Below are positions 10,000 through 59,592 of a DNA stretch of 64,000 nt, piece after piece; within the stretch, counting starts at the first letter, position 1, and each line of letters begins with the position of its first letter. Under the pieces are notes generated by a model. The model worked only from the letters and a program-made list of their open reading frames with translations. It did no database searches and had not been told where the DNA came from. This stretch comes from Amoebidium appalachense. Lineage: Eukaryota; Protista; Ichthyosporea. The stretch covers positions 5,162,259-5,226,258 of the forward strand of contig CAVNZM010000002.1 in assembly GCA_963693365.1 (NCBI GenBank). The letters are read 5' to 3'. Both the position numbers and the translations under genes were made by a program.

Positions 10000-12788
10000 C
10001 TACCTTTTCTTTCGAGCTAGTACAGATGCCTTTGCGGCCCGGGCCTCTCTGGCATACACATCATTTATATTATCTATTAATTTAATCAACGATTTTAAAT
10101 TAACTGCATTCACGGCCACATTAGCATTCAGCAATGGATTCTCGCGCAAGAAAATAGGATTCATATGACACCCTACTTCCTTCCCCTTAAACTTGCCACT
10201 ATCTTTTTCCCAGACCCCGCTCCACTCTGGCCATCACCGTCAAGATCCATTTCACCCTCACCCCCACCCCCGTTCCGTTCCCTGCCATCATCTACCCCAC
10301 CACCTTCCCCAACCTTCCCTTTTTTTGTAGGCATGCGAGGCTCCCTTCTTTGAAAAATATACTGCTCGATGGGTTTTATTATATCTTTCGACATCTGCCC
10401 CGATGGAACCCCCCACCGTTATTGTTGGCTAGTGCTTGCAAACAACTGTGGTTCATCCCCGGGGACCCGACCAGAGAGCCTAACAATATCGGCGTTTGTG
10501 TGCATGAGTGCAGCTTGGTGTGTGCATGCAATGCGAGCCTGTGGACACTGACACCAACCATCTATCACCTTCTTCACCACGTTGTTCTCCTCCTCCAGCT
10601 CCAAATGCAGATAGGCGACATAGAAGTCCATGGCCATGGAACGGGGCACTAAGCCTCGCAGAAGTACCTTGCGGCCGTCCTTGCAGTAGGAGACCGCCAG
10701 GTACTCACTGCACGACATTGCCCGCCGCCAACCGCGAACAAAATTCTTGAGGGGGAAGTGCTGCATGATTACCTGGACATGTGTATATAGGTGTCCGCGC
10801 AAGCACGTGTGTAGTGTGGATATTCACAGTGTGTGTAGGGAGAAAGTGCGGGAAAGGGGACGAGAGGGGGGGGGGGGGGGGGGGGGGGGGAATGTCAGTC
10901 TTTATGTATTCCCAATACCCCCTCCCCCTTCTCCCCACCCCCCTCCAACTCCCATTCACCTCCCCTTTTCCCCCCTTCCCCTCTCCTTCCTCCCTTCCCC
11001 GGGTCCATGGTCCTCCATCCCTCGGCCTTCATCTCTTCTGTACCCCTTTTCCCCTTTATCCAAGAATCCCAGCCCCCTCTCCTTCCGAACTGCACTGACA
11101 TATCTATCTCCTTGCCCCCCCCCCCCCCCCCCCCCCCCCCCACCCACCCACCCCGAGAAACCATCACTCTTATCTACCCCCCCCCCCCCCCCCTCCACTC
11201 CCCCCTTCATTTTCTTTTCTGCCTCTCTCCCCTTCGAGCCTCTTTCCCACACACCTTCCTACCTTCACTCTCCCATCTTTATCCCCCCCCCCCCCCCTCC
11301 CCCTCCCCTCCTTTTCCGAGCTTCACTCCCTTAACTACTCCCCTTCTCCCCCCCAACCTTCCACCGGGGCTTCTTCTCCCCCCCTCCCCCCCCTCCCCCC
11401 CCCCCCCCCCCCCCCCCCCCGGCTTTACCATCATATCTATGTGTGGAACCATACCCTACCTCATCTGGAAGGACGGGTAGCTCTGCCAGAAGCTTGTCCT
11501 GCCCATAGACCCACACCCGGTTGTTATATATATCAGGCCGCCCACTCTCTGCCGTGCCACTGAGCGGTAGAAATTCAAGAGTGTGCGGAACAATATGGCA
11601 GGTCAGTTAGCAGTCCAAAAGGTTGGCATCGATTGGTGTGCCCAGCACCTCTGGGCGAGGCTCTGCTGGTGTCCAACAAACGTGCCAGTGCTCAAGCGTA
11701 ACAGGATTCAGCACTATGTGGGAGCGGAAGGCTACGAGCGCCCGTTCAACTGCCGTGAACACACTCACAGTATCAAGCTCGTGTGCGTGCATTTTGGGGG
11801 CAAGGCGAAGTGACGAGTTCTCAAGAACGTCTTGCACACACTCCAGCCATGCGTCTAATGAGTGCGTGTCCCCTTTTTGTTTCACTTTCCTCACAAAGTC
11901 GTATGCGCCAACCTCACCCACACCCACTAGTTTCAAATAATCACAACCACCAACAATGCCAAAAAGAAGCAAATCGTCCATATTCCAGCTTGAGAAATCA
12001 TATTGTTTATTTTCGTATGTGTGTACTTTAAAAATGTTGCGAGCGTGGTCGACGAGGTAGCATTGAAAACGAGTTAGGGAATCTGTTTTTTGGTCGACCT
12101 TGCCCCGCGACAGACCACCGATGAGTATGGGTGAGGATGTATATGCAAGCAAATCACTGTCGTCCACCGCTATTACGTCAATTATCTTATTCTGGCCCAT
12201 GAACGCGAGCTGTGCGTCCGCCTCGTAAGGGGCCACCACCTTCTCTATACCCTCCGCTTGGCATGTTGCCAACGCCACTCGTGCCATAGACCAGACGACA
12301 AAGTGGGACTGTTTAAACTGGCTGTCAACCCGCTCCTGTATTTTCTGACTCTCCTCCGACGAAGTGGTGTTACAAAGGGTGCCCAGAAGTCGTTTCCCTT
12401 CGTTATACGCGTTTTCGCACGCCTTTCACCGGTTGCTTTTCTCTGTTTGTTTGGCAGGCATGAGCTGCCCATCAAAGACAAAAACAGGGGTAGCTCCCAG
12501 TCCATGTTGCCAGAAGTGCATTTCTTTTTTGAACTTTTCGGTTATCTCTTCCACTATTGCTTTTGGTAACACGATTGTGTGTGGGCTGCCAGATGTGTGC
12601 AATAACATAGCTAGTTCATGGCTTTCCTTCGACTTTGCAGGTACACTACTAAGGGCCTTGTGAAGAATAGCACTAGCATCAATGCCCACCCGCTTGTCAC
12701 AGAGTAAACTAGAGAGCTCGGCAAAAGTGCACCCATTTTTCTTTTTCTCCGTCAGGCCAACCACTGGTAAAAGATTATCAAACCCCAT
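10000..12788 (-). pseudogene. Transposon-borne Exo1/XPG-family 5' nuclease fused to a SWIM zinc finger
   Basis: Exon 1 12788-11460: MGFDNLL, VGIDAS, PVFVFDG, APYEADAQLAF, DDSDLL, GCDYL..VGEVGA. Phase-0 GT-AG intron 11459-10773. Exon 2 from 10772: CQCPQARIACTH, then STSQQ*RWGVP. In-frame stops at 12426-8, 11607-9 and 10419-21. Probable frameshift near 10205. The 3' end is approximate. Confidence 0.85.
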
Positions 12789-13189
12789 TTTTTACGTTTC
12801 CTTTTCGTGTGCTTGTTTTGTTTTCGTGGCCTTTTCGTTTTCGTGGATCGATGTGCGAACGCACATTTCGGACCCTTGCCCTCCTTCTCGGAGCGATCGC
12901 CGCTGTGACATCATTGATACTGAACCCCTATATCGATTTGTCCAAACTTATTCCGGATGACTGGCGAGCTACAGGTAACAGCTTCTGTCATGTACCACAC
13001 AGTGCCTCCACCGAGTAAACAAAGTAAAAACCATGTGCCCTGATACACACACGTATACATACGTGTGGGGGCACCCGCGTGGCAAAAACACGTACAAATG
13101 CAACTTGAGTCACTGAGTTGTTGATATTTGCGTGTCGGGGAACATGTGCTGCGCAGCAGTGAGGTGGAGCGGGGTTCTTTGTGATAACC

Positions 13190-13229
13190 CACGGCCCTCT
13201 GAAAAAAAGACTGTTTTCAGAGGGCCGTG
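13190..13229. mobile_element. 40-bp TIR-only remnant (excision footprint or mini-MITE)
   Basis: CACGGCCCTCTGAAAA-AAAGACTG-TTTTCAGAGGGCCGTG flanked by 7-bp direct repeat GATAACC (13183-13189, 13230-13236). Confidence 0.88.
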
Positions 13230-13249
13230 GATAACCATTTAGTACAATC

Positions 13250-13614
13250 CATAGGCCGAAGGCGCCTGGCCCCGAAGCGGCTCCGAACAGCTCCGAGCTC
13301 CTCCGAACTCTGGTGAGGTACCGGGATTTAAGTCTATGGCTGATAGTAGATATCTTTTTACCCTACGTGTTGAGTCCCTTCCTGTACATGTGTTAGGACC
13401 GCAAAAACACCTACTAGTAGCCTATATGGCGAATACGGCTAGAGAGCCCCAGGTTCCTACATAGATTCGTTTATTCGTAATGTAGTGTGGTATAAAAACG
13501 CAAAGATGATCATGTCTTGGCGTTGTAATCGATTTCTGGTGTCTCCTGCTCGTATGCTGATAATATGTGTGGGGGGCGGTTTACTCGCGGATGCATATAT
13601 CAATATTATGTGTG

Positions 13615-13647
<33 letters not shown>

Positions 13648-13796
13648 CCTCTCCCTCTCTCTCTCTCTCGCTCACTCACACACACACACACACTCTCTCT
13701 CTCTCCTTCCCTCTCCCTCCCTCAGAGAGGCTCCCTCAGTCTCCCTCTCCCTCCCCCCTCCCCCTTCCCCCCCTCTCTCCCTCCCCCTCTCTCCCT

Positions 13797-13840
<44 letters not shown>

Positions 13841-14156
13841 CCTCCCTTCCCCCCCCCCCCCCCCCCGCCCCCCCCTCCCCCCCCTCCCCCCCCCCCCTCC
13901 CTTCCCCCCCCCCACATCCCCTCCTCGACGACTTGGACCAGCCTAAAACGGGTTGACTCACCTGTTGCCGCCGTTGAAACGAACATTGGGTTGCGAGCCA
14001 CTGGAACGGCTAAAGATCTAGAGTCGGTAACCGGGCCATTCTTTTCTTGAACCTTGGGGGACTCGGACCTGAATCAATTGGGCTCTGTTCAAGTGTCTTC
14101 AGCCTGCCTTTTTCAAAAAAAAATTTGTTCAGTTAGTTTCTTAACGTTCTTGTGTG

Positions 14157-14194
<38 letters not shown>

Positions 14195-14861
14195 ACCAAA
14201 AAAAAAAAAAAAAAAAAAAAAAGGAAGTAGGCCGGGGGGGACCGGGGCCCTAGGAGAGGGGGGGGGGGGGGGGGGGGGGGACGAGAAAATCTGGGACATC
14301 TGAGCCTTTGGAGGGGGTGGATATAGAGAAAATGTGGTTGGGCGCCGAGTCGGGGGTGAGAGTGAGCTTGAGGGGGGGGAGGGGGGGGGGGGGTATATCG
14401 GGTGAGACAGGGGCAGGGGAGATAAAGCCTGTATTCGTATACGAGTTTGAAGATAGTGTGAGACAACGGTTTGTGGGTTTTTTTTCTTTCCGGGGGGGGG
14501 GGGTATATGGGAGGGAGTTCGGAGCCTTTGGAGGGGGGGGGGAGGGGGGAGGGGGAGGGGGCATTTGAGTTCGGAGCCTTTGGAGGGTATCGATACTGGA
14601 AGTGCGGGTTGGCGGTCTTAAGTGTGAAGACGGGGTCCCCCCTCCGAGAGGTCGGGGGGATCGGGTTGGTGGGTGGGTGGGTGGGTGGGGGGGGGGAGGG
14701 GGGGAGGAGGAGGGAGAGAGAGAGAGAGAGAAAACATGATTTATCGGATAAGACACACCGCAGGGGAGAGGACATGGGGGTTTATGCTGTTTACTCGAGG
14801 CACAAGAAAAACCAGTTTCAGAGGACATGTAAGTTCAAGTGCTGGATTAAAATGTGAGAGA

Positions 14862-14892
<31 letters not shown>

Positions 14893-16007
14893 AGAAAGAG
14901 AGAGAGAGAGAGTGTGTGTGTGTGTGTGTGTTGGTCGCTGGGGAAGGAAAAGGGAGGACGGAAGTTATACTATAGTATGGGAGATTGGAGCCTTTGGAAG
15001 GGGGTTGATATAAATGAACACGGTGGGTTGGGGGGCTTAGGGGTGAAGATTTGGGGGGAGGGGGGGGGGGGGGGGGAGGGGGGGGGGGGGGAGGAATCGG
15101 ATGAGACAGGGGCAGGCAACGGGACTTGTATTTGTGCACAAGTTAGTCAGAGTGTCACGGGCTGGGTGGGTGGGATGTGGCAAGGAGTGAGGGGGGGGAG
15201 GGGGGGGGGAGGTAGGGGAGGGGGGAGGGGAGGGGAAGAGTCTGGAGCCTTTAGACGGGAGGGTTGATATAATGAAAAGGCGGGCTCAGGGGGGGCTCGG
15301 GGGTGACTCGCTGATAGCGTATGTGTTTGGGTGTGTGTGTGTAGAGGGGTTGGGGGTTGGGGGGGGGGGGGGGGAGGGGGGGAGGGGGGTAATCACGGGT
15401 GAGACACCGCAGTGACAGGGGCTGGGGAGCGGACAGAGACTGTATTTGTGCGCAAGTTTGTGTCAGAAAGCACACTGTGGGTTTGGGTGTTTTCTTTTTG
15501 TTTCTTCTTCTTCTTCTTCTTCTTCTTCTTTTTTTTTTTGGGGGGGGGGGAGGGGGGGGGGGGGGGAGGAGAGGGAAGGGGAGCCTCAGGGGGGGAGGGA
15601 GGCCGGGGAGCGGGGGAGGGGGGGAGCGGGGGACCTACTAGGAAGTTCTGTAAACCGCTGAATAGCCAGTCGGCTTGCGGAGGAGTGAGGAAGACCAGCT
15701 CGATACCAGTGACTAGATTAACCGTGGCACAAGAGTAATTGTTCTCCCCCCCCCCCCCCCCCCCCCCTCCCCTCCCCCGGTGACCCCACCCTACCCCACC
15801 CCGTTTTTACACGGTGACTCTTTCGCTTGCAGATGCCTGCACACACGTGATCGTACCTCTGTGTAAGTGTGAACCTATACCTCTGAGCGTTGCCTCGACC
15901 CATTTTCCCAACCGGTATATACTGCACTCATAATTTAAGAAGTTCTGGCTTACACGGCTAGACCCTCTTTCCACCTCAAACGACCTTCTTCAAATTCCGA
16001 ATTCATG
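13250..16007 (-). other. Possible multi-exon gene of unknown function, divergent from THOC5
   Basis: Unique-sequence islands with GT/AG boundaries on the minus strand (~16007-15955, ~15921-15856, ~15712-15635, ~14103-13962). No recognisable domain, and the frame was not fully reconciled. Confidence 0.25.
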
Positions 16008-16152
16008 AGGCTAGGCGCAGGGCAGATCACCGCACAGCCACGATGACACAACAAGCACGAATACTAATATGACCTTTTTGCAAACTGCCACGCCAAAACG
16101 TGCATCCGAAATTGCCTATTATTCTGTGAGATATGATAAGAGTGACAAGGAG

Positions 16153-16182
16153 CACGGCCCTCTGAAAATTCAGAGGGCCGTG
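16153..16182. mobile_element. 30-bp TIR-only remnant, same family as 13190-13229
   Basis: CACGGCCCTCTGAAAATTCAGAGGGCCGTG flanked by 7-bp direct repeat CAAGGAG (16146-16152, 16183-16189). Confidence 0.88.
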
Positions 16183-16648
16183 CAAGGAGCCTGTAAAAGT
16201 AACGGTGTTCAGTGACCGTCACTTAGATGCCAGCCGAATCTTATATGAGTGGTAGTCTATCCCGTTGCGTCATCAAATTGTATCAACAATTGTACTCTGA
16301 AATGTGTCATGTGGATTATACAGATTAAAGAAATTTTGTAGACTAAACCCGCCAAATCCACCCACAAGATACAATAACGTAACAGCGTCACCCCCCGTCA
16401 GAGTCACGTTCAGCAGGCTACTTTTCCCTTCCCTCAAGTTATTATCCCCGGTTTCTATTTTTCACCTTTTCACCTTTTCTTGTTTCATCTTATTGATAGA
16501 TCTCGTCTGGCAACAAAAAAAGGCTGCTGTGTCGAGCATCCGCTCCAGTTCACTGCAGATTCCCTCACCAGAGGTTCGCACTTGGTTCGCATACAAACAT
16601 ACTACAACCACAGTTTTTTCTTTCTGGTGTAGTGCTGGGAAAGGAAAA

Positions 16649-27409
<10,761 letters not shown>

Positions 27410-27499
27410 AGAACTAAAAATGAACCCTAACTCGTTCTACCGGCTTTTCTCCTGGTGTTTTAGTAGGTGGGCTCCAGGGACGTTGACTTTTGAAATCCA

Positions 27500-28152
27500 G
27501 ATTAATTGGATTTTTCTCTTGTAGAATAACCATTCTGCATGACTATTCTGGGATAGTTGTGTATAGGTGAAAGTTTATTCTTGAATGATTGCTGTGAATC
27601 CTAACAGAAAATACCGTAATAATGCCATGTTTTTGTTGTTTTTTGTTGTTTTTTTGGTTACCCCATGATTTCTTTCCAATCTCGTCTGAAAATATGTCCC
27701 GGTAGATATGCGTTACTGAGGGCATTTTTTCAGTATGTGAAAGTACCTGTTGTCGGTATGTGAGATCAAGGTGCTGGCCTCTTGATCTGTGCGTGATAAG
27801 GGAGGGAATGTGATGATGTGTGATAATGGAATAAATGCAACCAACCAATGGCTGGCCGGCCGGGTATTGTGTGCATGTGTGACACTATGAGGCTGTGTTG
27901 TGTGCGTGCGTGTGTGCGTGCGTGCGCGCGCGCGTTTGCGTACGTGCCCCATACGTGTGTGTATGTGTGTGTACGAGAAGCACGTACGCGAATGCTTGAG
28001 CGTACTAGTGTGCTTGTGTGCGTGTAGGTGCACGCTCGGGTTTTTCTTGGGAGTAATAGGTCTGTGCACATGCATGCACGTGCACTCTGCATGTGTATAA
28101 AATTTATTTGTGGGTGTATATGGGATGCACACACACACACATGCGCGCACGT

Positions 28153-28183
<31 letters not shown>

Positions 28184-28231
28184 GGCTCACACACGCAACA
28201 CACACACACACACACACAGCCTCACACACGC

Positions 28232-28302
<71 letters not shown>

Positions 28303-28605
28303 TCGGGGAGAGGGTGAGTGGAGGGGGGGGTGGGGGAAGACGGAGGAAGAGAGGTAGGGAGCCGTGAGCACCGTACACACACACACACACACATGCGCGC
28401 ATGCAAACACACACACACACGTACATACACACACACCGAGAGAGGGAGAGAGCCAGAGACATGCATACACACACGCATACACAAAATCCACACCTATACA
28501 CACCTGAATGAACATATTCTCACACAAAAAGTGCTTACGGGAGCAGTAACTGGCAGGTCTTGTCTGGGGACACACACACACACACCACACACACGCGCGC
28601 GCGCG

Positions 28606-28647
<42 letters not shown>

Positions 28648-29549
28648 CGCACACACGCACACACGCACACACGCACACACGCACACACGCACACACGCAC
28701 ACACACACACGCACAACACACACACACACACGCACAACACACACACCATACACACTGATTTCGTTCGTCTGGTAACGAAGCAAAGGTTTCCGTTTGTTCT
28801 TGACGAGGCTAGCGCTCAGCTTCAAACTAGGCAAGAGTTCTTGGCAATGCATATATCTGCTGCACTTACAGGGAGCTTTTTGATTGTGCAGAGGAACGCC
28901 CCCTCCTTTCAAAGTTTTTTTTTTCCCTGCTCCTATAATCTTTATTTTTTTCAGACATTCTATTCTTATTATCCGATACGATATGAATGAAGCCCTAAAT
29001 AGGACCCAACCACACGAGCTGAGTGAGCTTGCTAGAAGAAGAATAATTCTGCTTTCTGCAGAATAATTTTACTTCTTGCAGAATAATTGTGCTTTTAGCA
29101 AGTTCACTCAGCTCGTGTGGCTGGTCCACTAAATGACCCCTGTACGAGAATCGGAAAATTTATGCAAGGGTATACTGTCGAAACGGTCAGCTTCTCAAAC
29201 TGGAAGTGCATCATTGAACCGCGGGGTACCGCAGCTATTACTAAGCATACATATACAGAATAACTGGTTGCATATATAGCAATATGCTATTCTGGGATGT
29301 GTAGTTATAAGTGGTCGGTCTGCTTCCCGGATGATAAATTCGTCTTCCCAACTGACAGACAATGTACGTTAATACTATCTGCAGACTCATGAATTCAGTG
29401 CGGCATTAACATTAATATTGCATTCAAGTCGAAAAGTATGGGGTATAATAACTAGAAATTTTTAGTAGGTCATCATTGTAAGCCTTTTGCTCGGCGTTAC
29501 GAATGCGTTGATTCATTTGGGCCATATGTATAAGAGTATGTATGCATTG

Positions 29550-29606
<57 letters not shown>

Positions 29607-29810
29607 ACACCACCACCTCCCGCCGCCGGCCCCTGGAAGGCTTCCCAGGCTGCATGTGCGCCCACCTGTTTGCCACGATGGGGGCGTGTGTGTTTTTTTG
29701 GGGGGCTCCGGAGGCCGGCCGACTGTCACCTAGGCCTACTAGTCAGGGCCTGGGATTGTCGAGGTAAGGGGGCCGTGAAAAAAGGCGGGGGTGGGGAGGG
29801 GGGAGGGGGG

Positions 29811-29852
<42 letters not shown>

Positions 29853-30550
29853 GGGGTGGACCGGCCAGTGGGTGGGGGGAGGGCCGGGGTGGGGGGTGGG
29901 GTGGGTGGGTGGGATTCCCGAGGTAAGGGGGTTAAAGGGGGGAGGGGGCGGGACCTTTTAATGGGGGGGGGAGGGGGGAGGGGGGGGGGGGGGGGGGGGG
30001 TTGTTGGGATTGCCGAGGTAAGGGGGAAAAGGGGGGGAGGGGGGCCCAGGGTAAAAATTGGAGCCTCGGCATTATAGAACACACATAAAGGGTGTTTTTA
30101 ATTTTTTTTAAAAAAAAATAAGTTCCTTTTTTATAAATTTTTTTATATAATAAAACTAATTAGCGATTTTTATTTAGACTGTACAGTTGCCATAGATACG
30201 ACGAGATAGTGGCCGAGATAGCATCACCGGATATCCAACGTGCATTTGATTCAAAAGGGGGTTCTAAATAAAGGGGGTTTACACACTTTTTCTAAATAAA
30301 CTTTGGACAGCAGGCTCATTATTGAGACTCTCATATTATTGAGAAGACCAATGCACCTCTATCCATGCAGGTCTCTTGTTACACTTCCAATGTTTGCGGG
30401 CGGGTCTATTTCCGTTAACGACTATGTCTGTATTTCTCGATCGTGATGTGATATTTTTACCATGTCCGGACTTCCCTAAAACGAACATTACATATATGGA
30501 AACTACCAATCAGGCGCTCAAATTTATCGGCTTCGGCTGGCCGTGAGCCA
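27500..30550 (-). other. Possible small multi-exon gene, divergent from GEN1
   Basis: Exon-like unique islands at ~27790-27660 and ~27600-27500 with AG/GT boundaries, and others at ~28.8, 29.2-29.5 and 30.2-30.5 kb. No domain recognised. Confidence 0.2.
29002..29127. mobile_element. 126-bp MITE
   Basis: ~32-bp imperfect TIR GGACC(C)AACCACACGAGCTGAGTGAGCTTGCTA / TAGCAAGTTCACTCAGCTCGTGTGGCTGGTCC. Internal GAATAATT x3. Degenerate 8-bp TSD CCTAAATA/ACTAAATG. Confidence 0.8.
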
Positions 30551-31095
30551 CCATGTACGTGATCCGGTGGCCCCATTCTCAAATTCGTGACATTTATCGA
30601 TGACATCACGTAATTATAAACTACGTCATAATTACGTCATACTTGAGAAATGCCGACATAGACCTTAAAACGGTTTCACCTCCACTTCCTACTGGCCTAG
30701 GACTTCCTGGCACAAAAGTCTTAGGAATCTTGAGTTGCAACTCGAGTCCAGGTTACTTGCTCCTTCTCTCTCATAGTTTTTTTTCCCTGTTTAAGTCGTT
30801 CCTCATCTAACCGACGGCATGTTCGCCTTCTGCAATATCCCCAACATCAGCCTTAGAGACTAAGTAGCATCAATTCCCCTCCTCCTCCGCCTCCTCCTCC
30901 CACCCACACAAAGACCAATGCAAACTAGATCGAACATGATGGATTGGATGAAAGTGGCTCCCCAATGAAAACCCTCCAATATAGAGTGTACTGATAGTCT
31001 TACATCAGATACCCTTACTTGTGCCATACCCACCCACCCACCCACCCTCCCCGTCGTACTTCCATGTTCCGCCTTTTTGCTCGAACATCCACAAA

Positions 31096-40263
<9,168 letters not shown>

Positions 40264-40436
40264 ATTTCCTAATATGGTATAGTGCTTATTATATTGCACA
40301 CTCCAATCATTATGATGACCAGTTTTCTTCGCCAATATCTCCCTCCCACTCTCATTTATATTTTTCTTTCATTTTCGTTCCTTTTTTTTTTTTTTTTTTT
40401 TTTTTGTGTGATGGTGGTGGTGCGACAGGATGGCGT

Positions 40437-40557
<121 letters not shown>

Positions 40558-41302
40558 TGGTGGTGGTGGTGGTGGTGGTGGTGGTGGTGGGGAGGGGGGG
40601 GAGGGGGGGGGGGGGGGGGGGGTCACACGGGTATCAACTAACGGAACTCGATAGGATGGCTTGCATTCGTAAGGGGTTTGCAATCGATTTTACATATCCG
40701 ATCTACCAATATATACCCTGGTGGTGGTAATGGTGGCGGTGGGTGGGTGGGTGGGCTTGGAGGGGATGTAACAGTGTTCAGTGTAGTTTCGTATTGTATG
40801 TGCATGTAAAATAAGTTGATAGCACAGACACAATTTGTGGTGTGTGTCATCCTGTTTATTCAGTAGGTCTCTTTCTCTTTGTATCACTTCAAATGTCAAT
40901 GACTTTACTGGTTTTGCCGTAATTTTAGTTTGCACTATGTACATCACACGCCGTACTAAGAAATACATTTGAAGTGATACAAAGACGTTATTCAGTAGGT
41001 AGCAGTGACATGTTAACACTCAGAATGATTATATGTTACTCAACGTTACATGCCTTATTTCACTGCATAAATAAATAATAGATTACTTATCAATTAGAGA
41101 CAATTGCTAAAAATGGCCAGCTGAGAAACCAACATGCTTATTAGTATACCGTAGCAAGTTGACAAACATTCTAAATTTGGCGTCTATATACCGAAAGTGA
41201 AATTGCCCTAACTGTAATGTCAAACTAATCGGAAAGTCATTACCAAACACTTGCATGTGCCATGTGCCATGTGCCATGTGCCATGTGCATGTGCATGTGC
41301 AT

Positions 41303-41361
<59 letters not shown>

Positions 41362-41365
41362 CGCG

Positions 41366-41413
<48 letters not shown>

Positions 41414-41666
41414 TGTGGGTGTGTCCATTCATTTGGTTTTTGGCAGGGGCAGTTGTGGACAAGTGATCGGTGCAAGTAGGTGTGTTTATGGGTTAAGGTA
41501 AATCACATGGTAGCATGTAAGCCCATGTGTCACTAACATCGCTACGATCAGATCAACCATGTGAGAAAACGACAAATTTCTCTTAAGCAGCTACATGCAT
41601 CCACAGAAATATACACGTTGTTGGATGGAACTTCGATTAAAAACCTCTCTCTTCCTTCGCGTATGT

Positions 41667-56268
<14,602 letters not shown>

Positions 56269-56667
56269 CCCCTGGCGAAGTGGGTGACGTTGTCCTTTCG
56301 TGTGCTGTTGGTATCAGTAACGCGCAATCGCATTGTAAGTATTCGACCTTAAGCTTGTCACGATCACACTGTGTCCCCTGATCGAGTCACCGGGTCCCGC
56401 ACATCACAGAGTGCTAGAGATCACTTTGAGGGTGTCAGCCTGAGTTAGTGATGACCAACTATGTGTTGCAACACTCCCCTAATCACTCACCACTGCCATC
56501 TCATGCCCTAGCGGATGTGTTGATTACACTGTTACGACAGTTTACTAGGCATTTGGAACTCTGTGAGATTTTGAAGCTTGCATTTTTCCGCTGACCATTA
56601 AGTCGAGTTGAAATGAGCGGAACTCAGTCTCACTCAGGCTGCACAGATAAATTCTGCTTCGAACATC

Positions 56668-59592
<2,925 letters not shown>

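Larger units (their letters stand above)
7561..12929. mobile_element. ISL2EU/Harbinger (PHIS)-like DNA transposon with two convergent genes
   Basis: 25-bp TIRs with 21/25 identity: 7561-7585 AGGGGTCCGGAATCAATGACGTCAC vs reverse complement of 12905-12929 AGGGGTTCAGTATCAATGATGTCAC. Inverted subterminal 12-mer GAGAAGGAGGGC at 7591-7602 and 12878-12889. TSD unresolved (left CTATC, right ATATC). Confidence 0.85.

Noticed and set aside
10419-12428. Stop-codon reassignment to explain the in-frame stops in the Exo1-like gene
   Set aside because: TAA and TGA end the host THOC5 and GEN1 models, and the neighbouring transposase has frameshifts, so decay is the simpler explanation.
13190-16182. The two CACGGCCCTCTGAA hairpins as the ends of one 3-kb composite element
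   Set aside because: Each hairpin has its own complete and different 7-bp TSD.
30608-30637. 10-bp inverted repeat ACGTAATTAT/ATAATTACGT with CRE-like motifs upstream of GEN1
   Set aside because: Too short to support a regulatory call without expression or conservation data.
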